In this document: piece by piece, positions 59,433-64,000 of the stretch
Position numbering within the stretch: position 1 is the stretch's first letter
Layout: each line of letters starts with the position of its first letter
DNA from: Lawsonibacter sp.
Lineage (GTDB): Bacteria > Bacillota > Clostridia > Oscillospirales > Oscillospiraceae
NCBI GenBank assembly: GCA_045601985.1
Contig: JAZSAQ010000101.1
Coordinates: 17,019 to 81,018 of the forward strand
Direction: 5' to 3'
DNA: 64,000 nt
Program-made: the position numbers and the translations under genes
The notes under the pieces: model-generated
The model's input: the letters and a program-made list of their open reading frames with translations, nothing else
Told to the model about the DNA's origin: nothing
The model's database searches: none

Positions 59433-59732
59433 GTTCGCAATGCATTTCCATGTATACATATGGATCTTCTAATGTGATTAGAAGAATAGGGTTGGCGGAG
59501 CGGCAAATATGGCTGCGCGAGCAGCAGCAGCTCCTGCCAGCGAAATCACACCTCTGGGTGCCAGCGAGAACCAATCGCGGACGAACCCATCGGGCGGCAA
59601 TCCTTACTGTCTCAAGCATTTGAGGCATCACTGCCCCCAGCCGCAGACTCGACAGTAATTCATTTACTCATCTACGATGAGTGCCATACAGCAGGTGGTC
59701 TGCAGATCTACGCACAAATTTAGATTGTGAAC
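59433..59732 (+). ncRNA. Retron-like msr/msd element R8
   Basis: IR GTTCGCAAT/ATTGTGAAC (one G-U), GCATTT, TCCATGT-atac-ATATGGA, TCTTCTAAT-gtg-ATTAGAAGA, ATAGGGTTGGCGGA. Confidence 0.85.
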
Positions 59733-59767
59733 GAACAACAAATTTTAGTTTTATAAGGAGGTACGGC

Positions 59768-60013
59768 ATGAGTCCGGCTGAAAAACTGATGGCTACTGCC
59801 ATGGGCTGCATTGAGCGCGGCCAAACGGAGAACAAATTCTGTGGTCAAGATGATGTGCGCCAGTGGTGCGCACAACTCAATATTGCCCCTCATTCGGTTT
59901 GGGAAATGGCATGTTATGTGTTTGTGTTTCGTAGACCGCAATGGGAACAAGATGCTATTCGTCGTGATCGAGCGTGGGACGAGCTTCCTCCGATGCCGGT
60001 TGGTGTTTGTTGA
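59768..60013 (+). CDS. Hypothetical protein
   Basis: AAGGAGGT RBS, 81 aa. Confidence 0.55.
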   Translation: MSPAEKLMATAMGCIERGQTENKFCGQDDVRQWCAQLNIAPHSVWEMACYVFVFRRPQWEQDAIRRDRAWDELPPMPVGVC

Positions 60014-60062
60014 ACACCTCGATAGAACGTCAAGAATAAAAGCTTAATTTGGTGGTGGAACA

Positions 60063-60527
60063 ATGAGAGATGAACGTAGATTTGGCCTGCGGGCATATTC
60101 CGACAGGGTCAAAGGAGCCGGTTTAAGATGGCGGCTTACTGAGTTGTATTGGCAGCTCCGCTACGCGTGGCAACGAGCGTGGTATGGCTATGACGACACT
60201 GACGTGTTCGAACTAAGTTTCAACTTCGTTGCTCGTATGCCCGTTCTGCTGCGTGAATTCAAAGAAAACAATATCGCTTTGTTCCCGGACTTGGAACACC
60301 CGGGCGAGTCTTTAACTGAAGCTGAGACTGATGCAATTATCGATCAGTTGGTTTTCTATTTTGAGAACTGCAACGAGGATCATGTCTACAAGAGGCTCTA
60401 CGGTGTCAATTACTGGGAGGAAGAATTTGATTTTGAGAAACACAAGGCCGCTGCCGCCGAACAGAATGCCTGCTGGGAAAAAGCAATGGAGCTGTTCGCC
60501 AAGTGGTCCATGTGTTTGTGGTACTAA
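60063..60527 (+). CDS. Hypothetical protein
   Basis: 154 aa, YAWQRAWYGYDDTD motif, ends LWY. Confidence 0.7.
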   Translation: MRDERRFGLRAYSDRVKGAGLRWRLTELYWQLRYAWQRAWYGYDDTDVFELSFNFVARMPVLLREFKENNIALFPDLEHPGESLTEAETDAIIDQLVFYFENCNEDHVYKRLYGVNYWEEEFDFEKHKAAAAEQNACWEKAMELFAKWSMCLWY

Positions 60528-60540
60528 CAAAGTTTGATTT

Positions 60541-60746
60541 TATGCGGTGGCGGAATAGACATCCCGAAAGGATGGTAAAACGAGGCGTGCAATCAAGCGA
60601 GCGTGCGAGATTGGTAAGTCGTAGTAGTAATAGTAGACGCTAATTGGTCAGTCCCTTGCGGCACGTCGCCATAACGCTTAATGGTGAAAGCCTCTTTGCC
60701 ACTATGAACAAAGGGACATGCAGGGTGCAAATCCTTGCCCGCACAA
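60541..60746 (+). ncRNA. tRNA-like RNA with large insertions
   Basis: TGCGG-TG-GCGGAATAG...TAGACGC D-arm halves, T arm GCAGGG-TGCAAAT-CCTTGC, CCGCA closing; no normal anticodon arm. Confidence 0.55.
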
Positions 60747-60921
60747 CACAAATGGAGTATTAGACTATGACAACAAAGCGAAGAAAAGCCATGGACCGTA
60801 CGAGAGCCATAATTTATGTATGTCTGCGAAGGAAACGCCCAACGTGGACACATCGTCAACTATGCGTAGGCGTTAGATATGCTTTACTTAATTCGCGCCG
60901 CAGAGCCAAGGAGGGACGAAA

Positions 60922-61074
60922 ATGAAAACGTTTGATGTCGAAGTAACTTTGACAGTCGTGGTGACTGTTGAAGCCGGTAGCCAAAAAGAAGCCAAAGAAG
61001 AGGCTATCCAGCTTGCGGAAAGTGGTTATTTCGAAAATGGTGTAGAGGCTTCCTCTGCACGCATTATGAAGTAA
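60922..61074 (+). CDS. DpnD/PcfM-like small protein
   Basis: MKTFDVEVTLTVVVTVEAGSQKEAKEEA; AAGGAGG RBS. Confidence 0.55.
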   Translation: MKTFDVEVTLTVVVTVEAGSQKEAKEEAIQLAESGYFENGVEASSARIMK

Positions 61075-61083
61075 GAAGCGGGG

Positions 61084-61482
61084 ATGAAACTCATGACAAC
61101 AAAGGAACATTTGTTGGTGGATGGTGCGGACATTCAGCAGCGTATCAAACAGATTGATACAGATATTGCCGAGTTGCGCCGCCAAAGAGAGGACTTGGTG
61201 CGGCAAGACCGAGAGGAGTTTGTTGCCAGAGCCAAAGAAGAGATTGGTCGTTGTTACAAGGTGAACGGTGTTTGTGCCAAAATCCTCGCCGTGCCGCGGG
61301 CGTTCAGCCGCGACGATTTTCCGGCCATTCTGCTCGCTCCCGATCCGCATCTTTTCCAGGAGACGCTGGTGCCGTTTCATGAGGACGATATTCGACTCCC
61401 GGCCGAGCCAGTTTCTGATGAGGAATTTGAGCACGAATTCAATCGCATCCTGTGTGATTTTCGGCAACAAATTGGGGTTTAG
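61084..61482 (+). CDS. Hypothetical protein with N-terminal coiled coil
   Basis: 132 aa ORF. Confidence 0.6.
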   Translation: MKLMTTKEHLLVDGADIQQRIKQIDTDIAELRRQREDLVRQDREEFVARAKEEIGRCYKVNGVCAKILAVPRAFSRDDFPAILLAPDPHLFQETLVPFHEDDIRLPAEPVSDEEFEHEFNRILCDFRQQIGV

Positions 61483-61514
61483 TGCTGTTTGGATGGGCTG
61501 TTGCGGATGGACGT

Positions 61515-61540
61515 AAAAAGCCGCCCCAAAAGGGGCGGCG
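61515..61540 (-). terminator. Intrinsic terminator
   Basis: GCCGCCCC-AAAA-GGGGCGGC preceded by A-run, between convergent genes. Confidence 0.6.
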
Positions 61541-61561
61541 CAAGGTCTTCGCCAAACGGTT

Positions 61562-61732
61562 TTACGGGCCATACGTCCCGTTGTCGATATCTTTTTTGAC
61601 GTCGCTCAAAGAATCGTAGGTGCGTGTGCCGTACATGCATTGAAAATTTCCATGTGCGATGATCGATGACACAATAATTTTACCGTTTTGTTCTTCGTAG
61701 AAGATCATGAAATGTTTATATGTAGCTGTCAT
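61562..61732 (-). CDS. Small counter-oriented hypothetical protein
   Basis: GGAGGT RBS then MTATYKHFMIF; own terminator. Confidence 0.5.
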   Translation of the reverse strand: MTATYKHFMIFYEEQNGKIIVSSIIAHGNFQCMYGTRTYDSLSDVKKDIDNGTYGP

Positions 61733-61978
61733 AGTGGGCACCTCCAAGTCAAAGTTTTTACATATTTTATATTACCATGACGTTTCGAAAGATGCAATAG
61801 CGGTTTGTTAACAAAGTCTAATTTGATGGGGTAGAAAGCATGTCTCGTCGTTGACGAACGGGCTATTAGGCTCAGCTGCTGTCATAACATAATCCGCGAT
61901 GATCAATTCCAGGTTGACGAAGAGCTGCTGCAGAACGCCACCTGGGAGGAAACGAAACAAGCTATTGAAAGTGGTCGA

Positions 61979-62224
61979 TTGTCGCATTTGATGTACGTTA
62001 GTCGGACTTTTTGGAGGAGACGTCCGTATATCTCAGCTGCCGGCTACTACTTGGGTGACCCTATCCCAAAATTCTTTCAAAACGACTCTGCTCGTTTTTT
62101 CGTGGTTTGTATCTACACAAAAAATGAGCATTACACAGTAAATGACATTATAAAATACGCCCGCGCGGATCAAGCCATTCAGTGGTTTAAGGAGCGCGGC
62201 ATGACCGTGTGCCCGATGCAGTGA
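61979..62224 (+). CDS. Hypothetical protein (frame open from about 61835; possible frameshift after ATG 61840)
   Basis: Open frame extends upstream without an in-frame start. Confidence 0.4.
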   Translation: MSHLMYVSRTFWRRRPYISAAGYYLGDPIPKFFQNDSARFFVVCIYTKNEHYTVNDIIKYARADQAIQWFKERGMTVCPMQ

Positions 62225-62235
62225 GGTGAGATTAT

Positions 62236-62550
62236 ATGGAAAAGGCATATGTCGAGCGTGGGGTATTGATGGGGAGAGACGGCTTGTTTGCCCAACGAGG
62301 ATGCATAGGACGGTGTGAATATTGTGGCCTTTGGAGCGAAGCGGGATGCAGAGTCATTCTCGAAGCCCCCAAAGCCGATGTGGTGGAGGTTAAACACGAG
62401 AGGTGCGAATTCTGCGAAGACTTAGACAGATTTCGTGAGATCGTATGCTACCTGCCGCATGAAAGTGGACACGCAACGGACATCCCTATGCACCACTGCC
62501 CCAACTGCGGAGCGGAGGTCGATTGCGAACAAAGCGCCGGCGAGGCGTAA
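62236..62550 (+). CDS. Cys-rich hypothetical protein
   Basis: APKADVVEVKH, CEFC, HCPNCG. Confidence 0.6.
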   Translation: MEKAYVERGVLMGRDGLFAQRGCIGRCEYCGLWSEAGCRVILEAPKADVVEVKHERCEFCEDLDRFREIVCYLPHESGHATDIPMHHCPNCGAEVDCEQSAGEA

Positions 62551-62578
62551 CCCGGGTAACAAATCCTAGTTTGGCGAG

Positions 62579-63058
62579 GTGAATTATATGAGTCGGTCAT
62601 TCGAATTTTGTCGGATGGTTGCCGCCGACAAGATGAGGTCGAGTTACGCGGACCGGGATTGGAGCAATGCCGCCGAAGAGATAGAAACAGTCGCCGTTTT
62701 TGATGAGCTATTGCGCGGCCGCAGACATCTTCGTGTCGACACCAACGATCGTAGTTTTGACGCTAGCATCTCTTTTGACGCTGACGCGGACTTTGACTAT
62801 TTTACGTCTGAGAGCTGCGTACATGACGGCACGCTTCTCTTCATTAGAGAGATAATGGACCGGTGCGTTCGGAGGGTGTGTTTTGCTCAAACATACGACA
62901 AACGCATGGGCGAGCCGAAAGACGGCGAAACAATTCAGTGGGTTGTCGGTAATTTTGTTGTCTTAACGGAATTTGATGGCGATTTTGTGCCAGCGGACAA
63001 GCCATGGATGCGGGAACGCACAACAGTGCTACTCCCGTTAAAAATGATAAAACTCTGA
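62579..63058 (+). CDS. Hypothetical protein
   Basis: 159 aa ORF. Confidence 0.6.
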   Translation: MNYMSRSFEFCRMVAADKMRSSYADRDWSNAAEEIETVAVFDELLRGRRHLRVDTNDRSFDASISFDADADFDYFTSESCVHDGTLLFIREIMDRCVRRVCFAQTYDKRMGEPKDGETIQWVVGNFVVLTEFDGDFVPADKPWMRERTTVLLPLKMIKL

Positions 63059-63109
63059 TTTGATAAGGAGAAAATGAGGTTGAGTAGCACTAAGTAGGCG
63101 CAAAAAAAC

Positions 63110-63135
63110 AAAAGCCGCCCCCTGCGAAGGGCGGC
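63110..63135 (-). terminator. Intrinsic terminator
   Basis: GCCGCCC/GGGCGGC stem preceded by A-rich run, downstream of minus-strand gene. Confidence 0.55.
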
Positions 63136-63144
63136 AAATGTTTG

Positions 63145-63693
63145 TCACGGCAAATAGATATGGGCTTCTTGCATGCGGTCTCCGCGTTGATTGTCCGGAA
63201 ATCCTGTATATGCAGTCGCTACACGGAGAAGGTTGTCTCCGTCATCATAAAAGGCACCGACCTCGTATGAAGACACTGGGTGGATTTCTACCCAGATACT
63301 ATTTGATGGCCCGCGACATATTGACGTCAGTGCTTCATCTGGCCTTCCGAGACACAGATCTATTGCGTCTGATGATAGGGCTTCTCCATCATATATGTAA
63401 ATATGTAAATTTGCCCCGTCAAAGTATTGGTGGTCCCATTGAAAAGAAACCGCACCCGGCAAGGAATTGTCCTCGTTATAGTCTGGAGGAGAATGCACGA
63501 TGTTATTTCGATCGTGAGCCAGGAAAACAGGCACAATTAACAATACAAAAAGGATAGTCGCCAAAACACCTTTTGAGACATGTATTGGCTTAACAGCAAA
63601 AAACAACGCGGCCACTGTGCATAAACCCAACCAGATTGGCAGCGCCTCCAGCAGAGTTTCCCAGGTGATATGTGGTATGAGCTGCAACAACAT
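63145..63693 (-). CDS. Counter-oriented membrane protein (moron-like)
   Basis: Two N-terminal TM segments, AAAGGAG RBS, own terminator. Confidence 0.65.
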   Translation of the reverse strand: MLLQLIPHITWETLLEALPIWLGLCTVAALFFAVKPIHVSKGVLATILFVLLIVPVFLAHDRNNIVHSPPDYNEDNSLPGAVSFQWDHQYFDGANLHIYIYDGEALSSDAIDLCLGRPDEALTSICRGPSNSIWVEIHPVSSYEVGAFYDDGDNLLRVATAYTGFPDNQRGDRMQEAHIYLP

Positions 63694-63792
63694 ATTACAT
63701 CGACTCCTTTGTAAAAATTTTGACCATATATATTATACACCACGCAAACATAGCAATACTAGCAGCAAATTTATATTGATTGAGGAGGCAAC

Positions 63793-64000
63793 ATGATTTT
63801 TGTTACTGGCGATGTGCACGCATTTCACGACATCAGAAAACTTAATACCGACAACTGGCCTGAACAGAAACAACTAACCAAAAACGACTACTTGGTTGTG
63901 TGCGGAGATATGGGGATTGTGTGGGACGGCGGCAAGTCGGACCAGTGGTGGCAAAAGTGGTTTGAAGACAAGCCGTTCACCACCCTCTTCGTGGATGGTA
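63793..64000 (+). CDS. Metallophosphoesterase (partial)
   Basis: MIFVTGDVH, VCGDMG, FVDG; GAGGAGG RBS; truncated by window end. Confidence 0.8.
   Translation, partial: MIFVTGDVHAFHDIRKLNTDNWPEQKQLTKNDYLVVCGDMGIVWDGGKSDQWWQKWFEDKPFTTLFVDG

Larger units (their letters stand above)
45138..63064 (+). repeat. Dispersed intergenic motif AACAAA-N6-TTTKAT (about 20 copies)
   Basis: e.g. 46649, 52186, 52408, 52875, 55681, 56901, 59091, 60526, 61810; fixed 6-nt variable spacer, located at gene boundaries. Confidence 0.75.

Noticed and set aside
50439-59631. Short ORFs overlapping R3, R5, R6 and R8
   Set aside because: No RBS, no similarity between copies, and better explained by the structured RNA.
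51864-59732. CRISPR array from the GCAATGCATTT repeats
   Set aside because: Repeats are dispersed by hundreds to thousands of bases, degenerate, and separated by genes; no cas genes.
60541-60746. tmRNA or intron-containing tRNA
   Set aside because: No alanine G3-U70 acceptor or tag frame, too short, and no group I core elements in the inserts.

Overview
A 64-kb segment of a large, probably temperate siphophage of a Firmicutes (Bacillota) host, with SPbeta-like organisation. Left arm (1-36.5 kb, minus strand): helicase-like NTPase, a YonO-like single-subunit RNA polymerase split by a group I intron that carries a GIY-YIG endonuclease, ClpP, PhoH, a metallophosphoesterase, a second GIY-YIG endonuclease, a tyrosine recombinase, then terminase, portal, head, neck, tail, tape-measure and distal tail genes. 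A divergent control region (36.5-38.3 kb) has sigmaA promoters and a LexA-like box. Right arm (38-64 kb, plus strand): many small accessory genes, a tRNA cluster, a ubiquitin-like conjugation operon (Ubl, E2-like, JAB, E1/ThiF) and a retron-like reverse transcriptase. The main discovery is eight dispersed non-coding elements (R1-R8, 165-325 nt) around and downstream of the single RT. Each has a retron msr/msd-like scaffold (covarying terminal inverted repeat, opposing G residues, two conserved hairpins) but an unrelated internal payload. Four are interleaved with the Ubl-E2-JAB-E1-RT operon. The right-arm genes and several of these RNAs are also delimited by a repeated AACAAA-N6-TTTKAT motif, and a catalytic-domain tyrosine recombinase lies within the array. 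All calls come from motif reading by eye; no database searches were run.
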